64,000 bases of DNA from contig JAFATB010000023.1 of NCBI GenBank assembly GCA_019244185.1, forward strand, positions 416,001 to 480,000, read 5' to 3'. The notes under the pieces are model-generated. The model did no database searches and was not told where the DNA came from. It was given only the letters and a program-made list of their open reading frames with translations. The DNA is from Acidobacteriota bacterium. GTDB taxonomy: Bacteria; Acidobacteriota; Thermoanaerobaculia; Gp7-AA8. Shown here piece after piece: positions 54,964 to 64,000 of the stretch (positions are counted from its first letter, which is position 1; every line of letters starts with the position of its first letter). The translations under genes were made by a program, and so were the position numbers.

Positions 54964-56757
54964 CTAGGGAACGGACGGCGGTTCGACGCACGGCAGCACG
55001 TGCGCGGCACGTCCGCCGGCCTGCACACCGACGAGGGCACCGAGCGTCGGCGCGAGATCGATCGGCGACGCGTCGCCGTCGTAGCGTCCCGGCTTGATGC
55101 CCGCGCCCCACAACAGCAGCGGCACGTGCAGATCGTTTTCGACCGGCTGCCCGTGCGTGGTGCTGTTGACGCCCCAGGTCCAGATCCAGCCCGGGCGCAG
55201 CGCCATGAGTACGTCGCCGCTGCGGTCGCTGCGATACGACGCGCGCATGAACTGCTCGGCCTGCGTGGCGTTCGCGCGCGGCTCCAGCAGGTCGGTGCTC
55301 GTCCACGCGTCGGCGATGCCGATGTCGCTCATCGCGCGCACGGCATCGCGCACGATGCGTTTGACGCGATCGTGGTCGAGGCCGAGCGCGTCGATGCGAC
55401 GCCAGTTCAGATATAGCGACGGCTCTTCGAAGAAGTAGACGAACGCGTCGGTGAGCGGCGTCTGCTCGTCGATGCGAATGCCGAGCTTCTGCGCGACGGC
55501 GCGCTCGATGGCCACGCGCGCGGGCGGCAGGTCGCCGAGGACGCGCGCCTTCGGATCGGCGTTGCGCAGATCGGTGCGTCCGACGTCGGCGTTCGGATCG
55601 CGCAGCTTCACGATCTCCGGAGTCGACTGCACGCCGTGATCGGCGGTGAGCGCGACGACGACACGATCGCCGAAGCGGCGTTCGAGCGCGTCGAGGAAAT
55701 CGGCGAGCGCGCGGTCGAGCCGCACCATGCTGTCGGCGACTTCCATCGAGTCGGGGCCGTAGTAGTGGCCGAGGTAATCGGTCGAGGAGACGCCGACGAA
55801 GAGCACGTCGGGCGCGTCGGCGTGCGTCCCGAGCTGTTCCGTCGTCAGCACGTGCAACGCGAAGTCGAGCAGCATCTGATGCGCGAACGGCGTGTACGTG
55901 AACGCGCGGATGTCTTTCGCGGGATGCGGGAACGTGCCGCCGTAGCGCGTGTTCTTCAGCGGCCACGCGGCGGGCGGATCGAACGTCGCGCGCTCGAGCT
56001 CCGCGGGCGGAATCGACGGCAGCAGGCGCCACTCCTGCGACGCGGGGAGGTAGCCGGGAATGCTCGCGTTGAACGAGAAGACCGCCGGATCGTAGTGGTA
56101 ATACGTCGATGAGATGAACGCGGGCAGCTTCCAGTCGAACCAGTACGCGGCGTCGGCGCGGCGTCCGCCCATCAGGATCGCGGCGCGATCTTTCAGCGCG
56201 ACGGACATCACGCGCGCGGTCGGATACCGGTTTTTCACGCGATCGCCGAAGCCATCCTCGGAGAGCGACGCCGGCGACATGCCGTCCGTCGCGCCGGCGG
56301 TCGGCTTCACGTGCGCGTCGTAGACGCAGTAGCGCGGCGAGCCGCCGTTCTTCCACCACCAGTCGCCCTCGTAGGTGAACGGTGTCAACCTGATGGTGGG
56401 CGGACGCCACGGCGTGGTGTCGTCGAAATACCACTCCCACTTGCGCGGGTCGATCGGCGCGTCGCGCTCGAACCACGTGTTGCCGATGATGCCGTTCTCC
56501 GTCGGCAGGCGTCCGCTGCCGATGGCCGCGTGTCCCGGTCCGGTGAACGTGACGGCGTGGCGATAGCGCGCATTCGTGAACACCGCGCCGTTGCGCGTGA
56601 AGCGCGCGAAGCCGCGCGTCGTGAACCACGGCGCGAAGCGGTCGACGTAATCGAAGCGCTGCTGATCGACGGAGATGACGACGATGAGGCTCGGCCGCTC
56701 GGCGGCGTACGCCGCGAGCGACGCGAAGAATGCGAGGATGGCGACGAGGCGGCGCAC
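54964..56757 (-). CDS. Secreted alkaline phosphatase superfamily protein (PafA-like)
   Basis: ISVDQ, TGPGHA (Thr nucleophile), LKDRAAIL..G, DYLGHYYGP, TADHG, TTHG. Confidence 0.9.
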   Translation of the reverse strand: MRRLVAILAFFASLAAYAAERPSLIVVISVDQQRFDYVDRFAPWFTTRGFARFTRNGAVFTNARYRHAVTFTGPGHAAIGSGRLPTENGIIGNTWFERDAPIDPRKWEWYFDDTTPWRPPTIRLTPFTYEGDWWWKNGGSPRYCVYDAHVKPTAGATDGMSPASLSEDGFGDRVKNRYPTARVMSVALKDRAAILMGGRRADAAYWFDWKLPAFISSTYYHYDPAVFSFNASIPGYLPASQEWRLLPSIPPAELERATFDPPAAWPLKNTRYGGTFPHPAKDIRAFTYTPFAHQMLLDFALHVLTTEQLGTHADAPDVLFVGVSSTDYLGHYYGPDSMEVADSMVRLDRALADFLDALERRFGDRVVVALTADHGVQSTPEIVKLRDPNADVGRTDLRNADPKARVLGDLPPARVAIERAVAQKLGIRIDEQTPLTDAFVYFFEEPSLYLNWRRIDALGLDHDRVKRIVRDAVRAMSDIGIADAWTSTDLLEPRANATQAEQFMRASYRSDRSGDVLMALRPGWIWTWGVNSTTHGQPVENDLHVPLLLWGAGIKPGRYDGDASPIDLAPTLGALVGVQAGGRAAHVLPCVEPPSVP

Positions 56758-56758
56758 G

Positions 56759-57673
56759 CTATTTCCTGAGCGCGTTCACCTTCGTCTGCAGTTGCGCGCA
56801 CGGATTGTCGCCGCCCTGGAACGCGCGCTCCCACGAGCCGTAAATCGGATTGGGGATGATGATCCAGCGCGTGCCCCAGCGGTCGCGCGTGTTCTGGATG
56901 ATGGCGTCGCGCTCGGCCGCGGATTTCTCGCGCGCGTTGGTGAAGTCGTTGAGATCGTCGCCGAGGAGCAGCAGCACGCGATGCGTCGACGCGACGAACG
57001 CGCGGCGCGAGGTCTTGTCGGACGTCCACTCCTTGCGTTCCTCGCGCATGAGCAGCGTGTCCTCGGTGTCGCTCAGCGGGAAGCCGAGCGTCTCGAGATT
57101 GCGGCGCACGTTCGCTTCTTCTTTTTCGAGGCGGTTCGTGACGTAGTACGGCGTCACGCCGCGGCTCTTCGCATAGTTGAGAAACTCGGCGGCGCCGGGG
57201 ATCGCGCGCGCGGCGCTCTCACCCGACCACGTCGCCCACGTCGCATCGAACGTCTTCGGGTCGTAGTCGGCGCCCTGTTCGATGAGACGCGCTTCGAACG
57301 CGGTGTTGTCGATCGCGGTCTCGTCGAGATCGAGCACGATCACCGGCGGCTGCGACGGATCGTCGTTCTTCTCCTCGTCGGCGCCGGTCCACGACTTGTC
57401 GGCGAGCGCCGCGTCGAGCGCGCGGCGCGCGGCGGCGTAGGCCTGCAGCGCGGAGGCGCGGTATTCGGCCGACTGCTGCACCCACAGCGTCGAGCTGAGG
57501 ATCGCGTTCACGGTGTTGCACGGCACGGTGGCCGTCGATGCGGTGGACGTCGACGACGATGATGCCGTCGTCACCGCGGCCATCGGAACGTCGTTCGCGT
57601 CGGCCGTCGGCATGGTGGTGTGCGCGCAGGAAACAGCGAACAGGAAGGCGAGAGCGAAGGTCAGTTTGCGCAT
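56759..57673 (-). CDS. 5'-nucleotidase lipoprotein e(P4) family (class C acid phosphatase)
   Basis: Lipobox VSC, QQSAEY, DLDET, YVTNR, GDDLNDF, PNPIYGSW. Confidence 0.92.
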   Translation of the reverse strand: MRKLTFALAFLFAVSCAHTTMPTADANDVPMAAVTTASSSSTSTASTATVPCNTVNAILSSTLWVQQSAEYRASALQAYAAARRALDAALADKSWTGADEEKNDDPSQPPVIVLDLDETAIDNTAFEARLIEQGADYDPKTFDATWATWSGESAARAIPGAAEFLNYAKSRGVTPYYVTNRLEKEEANVRRNLETLGFPLSDTEDTLLMREERKEWTSDKTSRRAFVASTHRVLLLLGDDLNDFTNAREKSAAERDAIIQNTRDRWGTRWIIIPNPIYGSWERAFQGGDNPCAQLQTKVNALRK

Positions 57674-57725
57674 CGAAGAGCCGCCCCCTCACGGCGGCGG
57701 GATCATCGCACGCGGCGGTACAAAG

Positions 57726-57760
57726 AAAAAGGCCGCCTGTCGCCAGGCGGCCTTTTCTTT
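57726..57760. terminator. Intrinsic terminator downstream of the TonB receptor gene
   Basis: AAAAAGGCCGCCTG-tcgc-CAGGCGGCCTTTTCTTT, with A/T tracts on both sides. Confidence 0.88.
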
Positions 57761-57779
57761 ACAGCGGATTGATGCGGAA

Positions 57780-60700
57780 TTAGAAGGTGATGCGGAGTCC
57801 GAGGCGACCCTGCCAGCGCGACTGAAGGTTCGCGGTGGAGTACTGGTTGCCCGGGGTGAGGCGGCCGGCGGCGGCTTCGCGGTAGACCGGAAGTCCGGAC
57901 GTCGGATCCTGACCCGAGTAGATCACCGGCTGATACGTGTTGTTGAGGACGAACTTCTCCACGCCGGCGTTGTCATCGAAGAGGTTCAGCAGGTTGAGGA
58001 TGTCGGCCTCGATCGACACGCGCGTGCCGAAGATCTGCGGCAGGCCGAGGGCGTAGTGGAAGTCCAGGCGGCGCGTCCACGGCTGCGACAGCGTGTCGCG
58101 CTTCGGCGTCTGGCCGGTGCCCGGCTCGTAGCCGACGGACTGGAGGAAGTTGTTGAAGAGCGACTTGTCGAGGGCGGTCGTCGTGTTGCCGTTCGACAGG
58201 CGGCACGGCGCGGTCGCATTCGGCGCGCTGGTGGCGTTGGACGGGCAGAGGATGAGGTTCTGCGGGATGAAAAGCAGGTCGTTGTTCGACGAGCCGTCGC
58301 GGTTCGGATCGCCGCCGAGGAGCAGCGAATACGGCTGGCCGGCCTGCGCCACGTAGAAGAGGCCGAAGTTGTGGGTGAAGGGGCCGGTGGCGAGGTCGTA
58401 CGACGCGCCGATGTTGAAGCGGTGCTCGATCTGGAAGACCGACGTCGTCAGCTCGGGCGTGAAGATGTCGCCGCGGGTGATGTAGCCGAACTGCCAGTTG
58501 GAGCTCGCGGTGCTCGAGGTCGGATCGCCGATCGACTCGGCTTTCTGGTGCGCGTAGGAACCGGTGAGCTCGAGGTGGCCGAGGCGCTTCTCGAGCTGCA
58601 GCGATTCGGTCAGCTCGTGACCTTCGGTCGAGTTCGTGAGGAAGTAGGCCTGGCCGATCTGCGTGCTGACCGACGCGTACGTCGGGCGGCCGTCGAGCGG
58701 GCTGGTGCCCACCTGATGCTTGTTGACGTTCTGGTAGAAGACGTCTTCCTGGCTCTTGGAGTAGAGCACTTCGGCGCTGGCGCGCACGCCCCAGAACAGC
58801 TCGCGGTCATAACCGAGAGTCGCGCGGAGCACGCGCGGGAAGCGGAAGTCGGAGTCGGAGAGCGAGATGTCCGGCACGGCGCCCGCGCCGAGGTTGCGCG
58901 GCTGCGTGTCCGGGTTGGGGTTGAACGTCGGGGGCGTGCAAGCGGGAGCGACGCAGCCGAGAGCGACCGTCTCGACGCCGGTGCCGCCGTAGTTGTTGGA
59001 GATCCAGACGAACGGCGTGCGGCCCTGGAAGACGCCGACGCCGCCGCGGAGCTGCTGCTTGCCCGCGCCGCCGATGTCCCAGTTGAAGCCGACGCGCGGC
59101 TCCCACGTGATCGACTCGCTCGGGATGTCGGAGGTCGAGAAGCCGATCGCGGACTGCACGGTCGGGTTGAAGGACGGCGTGGTGTCGAAGCGCGGCTTGT
59201 CGGCGCGCAGGCCCATCGTCAGCGTGACGTTGTGCGGGAGGTGCCACTGGTCATTGACGTAGAGGCTGTACTGCGCGGCCTTGAACTCCGTCGCGCGGCG
59301 CGGATCGTTGCCGGTGGCGAAGCCGATGCGGTAGATGTCCGGCGTGCCGGCCTGCAGCGCGGCGAAGTCGCGGAAGTGGTAGTAGCCGTAGAAGTCCGCA
59401 ATGAAGAGGTTCGCGAACTTGAACATCTCGTTGTGCGTGCCGACGATGATGTTGTGGTTGCCGTGCACCCACGTGAAGTCGTCGGTCACTTCGAGGATGT
59501 CCTGGTCGAGCGCGTTGGCGCCGGAGAAGCGCTCGATGCCGGCCTGGATCGTACCGGTGCGCTCGCCGCCGCCGATCTCGATGGTGGGGAAGATCGAGCC
59601 CGGGGTCTCGCGGTGCTCGCGGATGGTCTGGAAGCCGACGCGGCCTTCATTGAACATGTTCGCGCCGAAGACGCTGTTCAGCTGCGCGACCGTCGAGTTG
59701 GTCTTGCTGGGGAAGAGGTAGATGTTGTTCGGGTAGTAGAAACGCGTGGTGCTGCGGACGAAGCTCGACGGCGCGTTGCCGTTCGTGGCGTCGACGTAGT
59801 TGTGACGGAGCGTGAGGTTCTCGGACGAGCTGAGGTTCGCGTCGAGGCGGCCGAAGAGCAGCTTGCTCTCGGTGCCGAACACGAGATCGCCCAGTGGGCC
59901 CGGATCGTAGTTGTAGGTGGTGCGGAGGAAGTTCGCGACGTCCGCGGCGCTCGGCGTGCCGGTGTAGATGGTGCCCGTCGAGGTGTCGGCGGACGTGCCG
60001 TTCGGATCGTTGCGCTTGTTCGATTCGCCGCTGAGGAAGAAGAACAGACGGTCCTTGATGATCGGACCGCCGATGCGGCCACCGTACTGCGTCTGGTCGA
60101 ACTCGCCGATCTTCGTGCCGCTGGGACCTTTGCCGACGTAGTCGGGATTGCGCTTCGTGCCGAAGACCGAGCCTTCGAAGTCGTTCGTTCCGGAGCGGGT
60201 GACGGCGTTCACGCCGCCGCCGGTGAAGCCGCTCTGGCGGACGTCGTACGGCGAGATGAGGAGCTGGATCTGCGAGATGGCGTCGAGCGAGATCGGCTGC
60301 GTGCCCGAGCCGCCGCCCGGCGTGCCGGAGGAGGAGAGACCGAACAGGTCGTTGTTGACGGCGCCGTCGATCTGGATGTTGTTGTAGCGGTTGTTGCGGC
60401 CCGCGACGAACATGAACGTGCCGTCGCCGGTGAGGCTGCTGACGAAGTACGGATTCGTGCGTGCGAAGTCCTGGATCTGGCGGTTGACGGTCGGCAGGGT
60501 CTCGAGCTGCTGCGTCGAGACTTCCGAGGTCGAGCCGGTGCGGTTCGGGTTGATCACGTCATCGGCGCTGGCCGTGACGGTGATCGCCTCGCTCACCGCG
60601 TTGAGGCGGAGATTGACGTCGAGGTCCGCGGTCTCGCCGAGCGCGACCTGCACGTTGTTCACGTCGAAGGGCTTGAAGCCTTCGAGGTTCGCGGTGACGT

Positions 60701-60941
60701 GGTACGGACCGCCGACGCGCACGTTCGGGATGGTGAAGCGGCCATTCGCGCCGCTCACTGCCTGATAGTGCGTGTTGGTCGGAGTATGGACGGCTTCGAC
60801 GGTCACGCCCGGAAGCGCGGCGCCGTCTGCGCCTGTGACCGTGCCGGCGATGTTGCCGGTCGTGGTCTGTGCCTGCATCATCGGCGCGAACGCCAATAAC
60901 GCCACGGCAATCAACAACAACAATCGGTGGGGAATACGCAT
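57780..60941 (-). CDS. TonB-dependent receptor, Oar/OmpA-related type with carboxypeptidase-regulatory-like N-domain
   Basis: Signal peptide, GTVTG.DGAALPGVTV, YDVRQSGFTGGGVNAVTRSGTN plug motif, terminal LRITF. GGAGGA RBS. Confidence 0.93.
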   Translation of the reverse strand: MRIPHRLLLLIAVALLAFAPMMQAQTTTGNIAGTVTGADGAALPGVTVEAVHTPTNTHYQAVSGANGRFTIPNVRVGGPYHVTANLEGFKPFDVNNVQVALGETADLDVNLRLNAVSEAITVTASADDVINPNRTGSTSEVSTQQLETLPTVNRQIQDFARTNPYFVSSLTGDGTFMFVAGRNNRYNNIQIDGAVNNDLFGLSSSGTPGGGSGTQPISLDAISQIQLLISPYDVRQSGFTGGGVNAVTRSGTNDFEGSVFGTKRNPDYVGKGPSGTKIGEFDQTQYGGRIGGPIIKDRLFFFLSGESNKRNDPNGTSADTSTGTIYTGTPSAADVANFLRTTYNYDPGPLGDLVFGTESKLLFGRLDANLSSSENLTLRHNYVDATNGNAPSSFVRSTTRFYYPNNIYLFPSKTNSTVAQLNSVFGANMFNEGRVGFQTIREHRETPGSIFPTIEIGGGERTGTIQAGIERFSGANALDQDILEVTDDFTWVHGNHNIIVGTHNEMFKFANLFIADFYGYYHFRDFAALQAGTPDIYRIGFATGNDPRRATEFKAAQYSLYVNDQWHLPHNVTLTMGLRADKPRFDTTPSFNPTVQSAIGFSTSDIPSESITWEPRVGFNWDIGGAGKQQLRGGVGVFQGRTPFVWISNNYGGTGVETVALGCVAPACTPPTFNPNPDTQPRNLGAGAVPDISLSDSDFRFPRVLRATLGYDRELFWGVRASAEVLYSKSQEDVFYQNVNKHQVGTSPLDGRPTYASVSTQIGQAYFLTNSTEGHELTESLQLEKRLGHLELTGSYAHQKAESIGDPTSSTASSNWQFGYITRGDIFTPELTTSVFQIEHRFNIGASYDLATGPFTHNFGLFYVAQAGQPYSLLLGGDPNRDGSSNNDLLFIPQNLILCPSNATSAPNATAPCRLSNGNTTTALDKSLFNNFLQSVGYEPGTGQTPKRDTLSQPWTRRLDFHYALGLPQIFGTRVSIEADILNLLNLFDDNAGVEKFVLNNTYQPVIYSGQDPTSGLPVYREAAAGRLTPGNQYSTANLQSRWQGRLGLRITF

Positions 60942-61032
60942 GAATCCTCCTGATTTGCTGAACGCGGACATGGACGCGCGCCGTCGGACGAACGGCGCGC
61001 TGAACGAAACCTGATTTTGGTCGGACAGTTTA

Positions 61033-61050
61033 GATCAGTCGGCACTGATC
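61033..61050. promoter_or_regulatory. Perfect palindrome, candidate operator upstream of the TonB receptor
   Basis: GATCAGT-cggc-ACTGATC in an AT-richer intergenic region. Confidence 0.45.
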
Positions 61051-61080
61051 GAGTAAAGATCGTGCAAAAAAAAGCGTTCC

Positions 61081-62445
61081 TCAGAAGCTCTTGAGGAACG
61101 CCTCGTTCGACGGAAACTTCTGCAGCCGTTCGAGCAGCATTTTCATGGCCGTCATCGGATCCGTTCCCGCCAGCGCCCGGCGCAGCGTGTGGATCTTCGG
61201 CAGCACCGTCGGCGGCAGGAGTTTCTCTTCCTTGCGCGTGCCGGTCTGGCCGATGTTCATGGCCGGGAAGATGCGGCGCTCGAAGAGACCGCGGTCGAGC
61301 ACGATCTCCGTATTGCCGGTTCCCTTGAATTCCTGAAAGATCACTTCGTCCATGCGCGAACCGGTGTCGATGAGCGCCGTCGCGATGATGGTCAGCGAGC
61401 CCCAGTCCTCGGCGTTGCGCGCCGCGCCGAAGAAGCGCCGCGGCTTCTCCATCGTGCGCGCGTCGATGCCGCCGGAGAGGATCTTGCCGGAGCCGCGCTG
61501 CTCGTTGTTGTACGCGCGCGACATGCGCGTGATCGAGTCGCAGAGGATCACGACGTCTTTCTTGATCTCGACCAGACGCCGCGCGCGCTCGAGGATGATC
61601 TCGGCGAGATGAATGTGGCTGTCGGCCGTTTCGTCGGAGCTCGACGCCACGACTTCGCCGTTCTCGACCGAGCGCCGGAAGTCGGTGACTTCCTCGGGAC
61701 GCTCGTCGACGAGCAGCACGAACAGCAGCACGTCGGGATGGTTGCGGTTGATGCCGTGGGCGATGTCTTTCAGCAGCGTCGTCTTGCCGGCTTTCGGCGG
61801 CGCGACGACGAGGCAGCGCTGCCCCTTGCCGATCGGCGCGAGCAGATCGAGGACGCGCGTCGTGAGGCGCTCGGGCTCGGTCTCGAGCTTGAACATCTCG
61901 TTCGGATCGATCGAGATCAGCTCGGAGAACGGACGGCGCGACTCGCGGTACTCCTCGAGCGGCACGCCTTCGACGGTCTCGAGTCCGATGAGCTCGAGGC
62001 CGTTGCCGGTGCGGCGCGCGGAGCCGCCGAGGAGAAGGCCCGCCTGCAGGTGGAGGCGTTCGATCGTGGAGCGCGGAACGATCGCGTCGCCCGGCTGCGG
62101 GTAGTAGTTGTTCGCGGGATCGACGAGCACGCCGGCGCCGTTCGGCTTGATGAAGAGGACGCCGCCCGTGGCGACGAGCTCGCCCGGCGCGATGTCGATC
62201 GGCGGAGCGCTGCCGTTTTCCTGCGGCATCGGACGGCGGTCGCTGCCTCCCGGCCCGCTACCGCTGCGACCGCGGCGCCGGCGGCGGCGTCCGCCGCCTC
62301 CACCGTAGTTGCCGGAGGGATTTGCTTCGTTTCCTGGTGACGGGCCGTTGCCGTTGCCGTGGGGCGGCTGCCCCTCCGGTCCGGCACCGCCCGGGCGGCG
62401 TCTGCGGCGACGCCGCTTACGCGGAGTGCGGTTGTCTGGTGTCAT
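61081..62445 (-). CDS. rho: Transcription termination factor Rho (atypical N-terminus)
   Basis: PIGKGQR, APPKAGKT, DERPEEVTD, DSITR, SGGID, FFGAARN, EFKGTGN, TRKEE. Confidence 0.95.
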   Translation of the reverse strand: MTPDNRTPRKRRRRRRRPGGAGPEGQPPHGNGNGPSPGNEANPSGNYGGGGGRRRRRRGRSGSGPGGSDRRPMPQENGSAPPIDIAPGELVATGGVLFIKPNGAGVLVDPANNYYPQPGDAIVPRSTIERLHLQAGLLLGGSARRTGNGLELIGLETVEGVPLEEYRESRRPFSELISIDPNEMFKLETEPERLTTRVLDLLAPIGKGQRCLVVAPPKAGKTTLLKDIAHGINRNHPDVLLFVLLVDERPEEVTDFRRSVENGEVVASSSDETADSHIHLAEIILERARRLVEIKKDVVILCDSITRMSRAYNNEQRGSGKILSGGIDARTMEKPRRFFGAARNAEDWGSLTIIATALIDTGSRMDEVIFQEFKGTGNTEIVLDRGLFERRIFPAMNIGQTGTRKEEKLLPPTVLPKIHTLRRALAGTDPMTAMKMLLERLQKFPSNEAFLKSF

Positions 62446-62632
62446 GCAAATTCATCAACTCGACTCAATCTGATGAGGCGAACCTTACTGAGTTTTCACC
62501 TGCGAGTCCCGGGAACCGACGACGTCGGGGCGGAGAGTCAAGTCTCAACGCCCGGCGGGATGCGAAACGCAAAATCGTCGCGCTAGGTGCGCGCGTAGTA
62601 TGCGAAAGGTGGAAGGCAAATGCAAGCGGCGA

Positions 62633-62754
62633 CGAAAAGCGAATGAAGAATGCAGAACGCAGAATGCAGAATGAAGAATTGTGGTGGCGCTGCGCGCACG
62701 TTTCTAAATTCTTCATTCTGCGTTCTGCGTTCTGCATTCTTCATTCGCTTTTCG
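62633..62754. repeat. Heptamer-built inverted repeat element, copy B
   Basis: CGAAAAGC-GAATGAA-(GAAYGCA)x3-GAATGAA-GAA, spacer, then the reverse-complement arm ending GCTTTTCG. Confidence 0.9.
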
Positions 62755-62819
62755 TTCTCTTTTCCCTCCGCCTGTGCCAAAATCCCCTCCCGAAACCCCC
62801 AACCTGACGATGGTCCTGC

Positions 62820-64000
62820 ATGTCTGAAAACATTCTCGTGGTGGAGTACGAGCCCCGCTATACGGACCGCGTGCGCCAGGCGCTGTCCGGTCAGCCGTTC
62901 ACGCCGACCTTCGCCCGCGACGGCGAGGAAGCCATCCGCGTGCTCGATTCCCAATCGCAGCCGCGCCTGATCGTCCTCTCCTCCGTCGTCCCGAAGATCA
63001 GCACGACCGAGCTGATTCGCGCGATCCGCGGACGCAAGCCGCTGCAGGAAACGCCCATCCTGCTCACCGTCTCCGGTTACAACGGCAAGAGCCCGAAGGC
63101 GGACGCACAGCGCGTCGGCGCGTCCGACATTCTTCCGAAGCCGTACTCCGAAACGGAGTTCCTCGGCAAGGTGCAGCAGATGCTCGGCGTGCGCGGCGAG
63201 ACGCCGTCGCCCGCCTTCGATCCCGACTTCACCGTGCGCGCTTCCGCGCCTGCCGCGTCGGGCCAGCTCACCTCCAACGAGATCTTCGGCGACCTCTTCG
63301 AAGAGGACAAACCGAAGAAGCCCGCGTCGAAGACGGCGTCCACCGATGTCGACAAGATGCTCGCCGACACGCTCTCCGGCGTGCGTCCCGCGCGCAAGAA
63401 AGAAGCCGCGCCGACCGTCGTCACGCCACTGCCAACTCCGGCGCCCGCACCTGCACCGCCGCCCGCGCCGAGCGCGCCCGCCGCGAATGCGCGTCCCGCC
63501 GCTCCGGCACCGCAGCCCACCGCGCAGGCGAAACCCCGCACCTCGTCCGCGGAGCTCGACAAGATGCTCGAGGACACGCTCTCCGGCGTCCGCAAGCCGA
63601 CGAGCAGCGGCAACGTGCCGCGTCCCGCCGCCGCGCCCGTACCGCCGACGTCCGCGCCCGCGCAGGACAATAAGCGTTTCAACACCGAGCGGCTCGCCGC
63701 GTACGCGCCGACGGTTGCCGACCGCGTGCCGGTCTCGCAGCCGGTGATTCCCGCGGCCGAGCCGCATCGCGCCGTCGAAGACGACGAGCCGGTCGATGGC
63801 GTCAAGTTCGGGCAATACGTCCTGGTGGAAAAAATCGCCACGGGCGGCATGGCTGAAGTGTGGAAGGCCCGCATGCGCGGCGTGGAAGGCTTCCAGAAGA
63901 TCGTCGCGATCAAGAAGATCCTTCCACACCTCTCCGACAATCAGGACTTCATCGAGATGTTCGTCGATGAAGCGAAGCTTGCCGCGCAGCTCAACCACAA
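62820..64000 (+). CDS. Pseudo-receiver domain + Pro-rich linker + Hanks Ser/Thr kinase (3'-truncated, absent from the ORF track)
   Basis: Own translation: MSENILVVEYEPRY...LIVLSSVVP...ILPKPY, then a Pro/Ala linker, then FGQYVLVEKIATGGMAEVWKA...VAIKKILPHLSDNQDFIEMFVDEAKLAAQLNH. Confidence 0.9.
   Translation, partial: MSENILVVEYEPRYTDRVRQALSGQPFTPTFARDGEEAIRVLDSQSQPRLIVLSSVVPKISTTELIRAIRGRKPLQETPILLTVSGYNGKSPKADAQRVGASDILPKPYSETEFLGKVQQMLGVRGETPSPAFDPDFTVRASAPAASGQLTSNEIFGDLFEEDKPKKPASKTASTDVDKMLADTLSGVRPARKKEAAPTVVTPLPTPAPAPAPPPAPSAPAANARPAAPAPQPTAQAKPRTSSAELDKMLEDTLSGVRKPTSSGNVPRPAAAPVPPTSAPAQDNKRFNTERLAAYAPTVADRVPVSQPVIPAAEPHRAVEDDEPVDGVKFGQYVLVEKIATGGMAEVWKARMRGVEGFQKIVAIKKILPHLSDNQDFIEMFVDEAKLAAQLNH

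Noticed and set aside
62468-62500. Hammerhead ribozyme-like CTGATGAG
   Set aside because: No stem II followed by GAAA and no flanking stems could be built.

Overview
High-GC bacterial chromosomal window, mostly housekeeping and envelope genes. The gene repertoire suggests Acidobacteriota, possibly Thermoanaerobaculia (inference only). It holds about 55 CDSs: dnaJ (5'-truncated), ppa, prmA, gltA, rsmE, mscL, a GAF-GAF-PAS-PAS-GGDEF-EAL protein, an alpha-2-macroglobulin/pbpC pair, an ECF sigma factor with a membrane tail, a ClC channel divergent from a flavin-dependent halogenase-like gene, a Zn-finger plus two tandem Ku genes, a Trx/DsbD/yhbY cluster, an island with a metalloprotease and two tandem paralogues, dusB-unknown-rimO, a TonB receptor/5'-nucleotidase/phosphatase cluster, an atypical rho, and a 3'-truncated pseudo-receiver/Ser-Thr kinase. 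I recognised no rRNA, tRNA, CRISPR array, transposase or integrase. The most unusual items are: (1) a tiny SEC-C zinc-motif gene (44891-45136) that reads through only with three +1 frame transitions at homopolymer runs, the first at TTT-TGA; (2) two copies of a heptamer-built palindromic element; (3) a small toxin/immunity-like pair inserted after dnaJ; (4) the Zn-finger-Ku-Ku operon with no ligD in the window; (5) the ClC-halogenase divergon. Other single frameshifts (about 12560 and 25530) may be assembly errors, which weakens every frameshift-based claim. All family calls come from motif recognition by eye; no searches were run.
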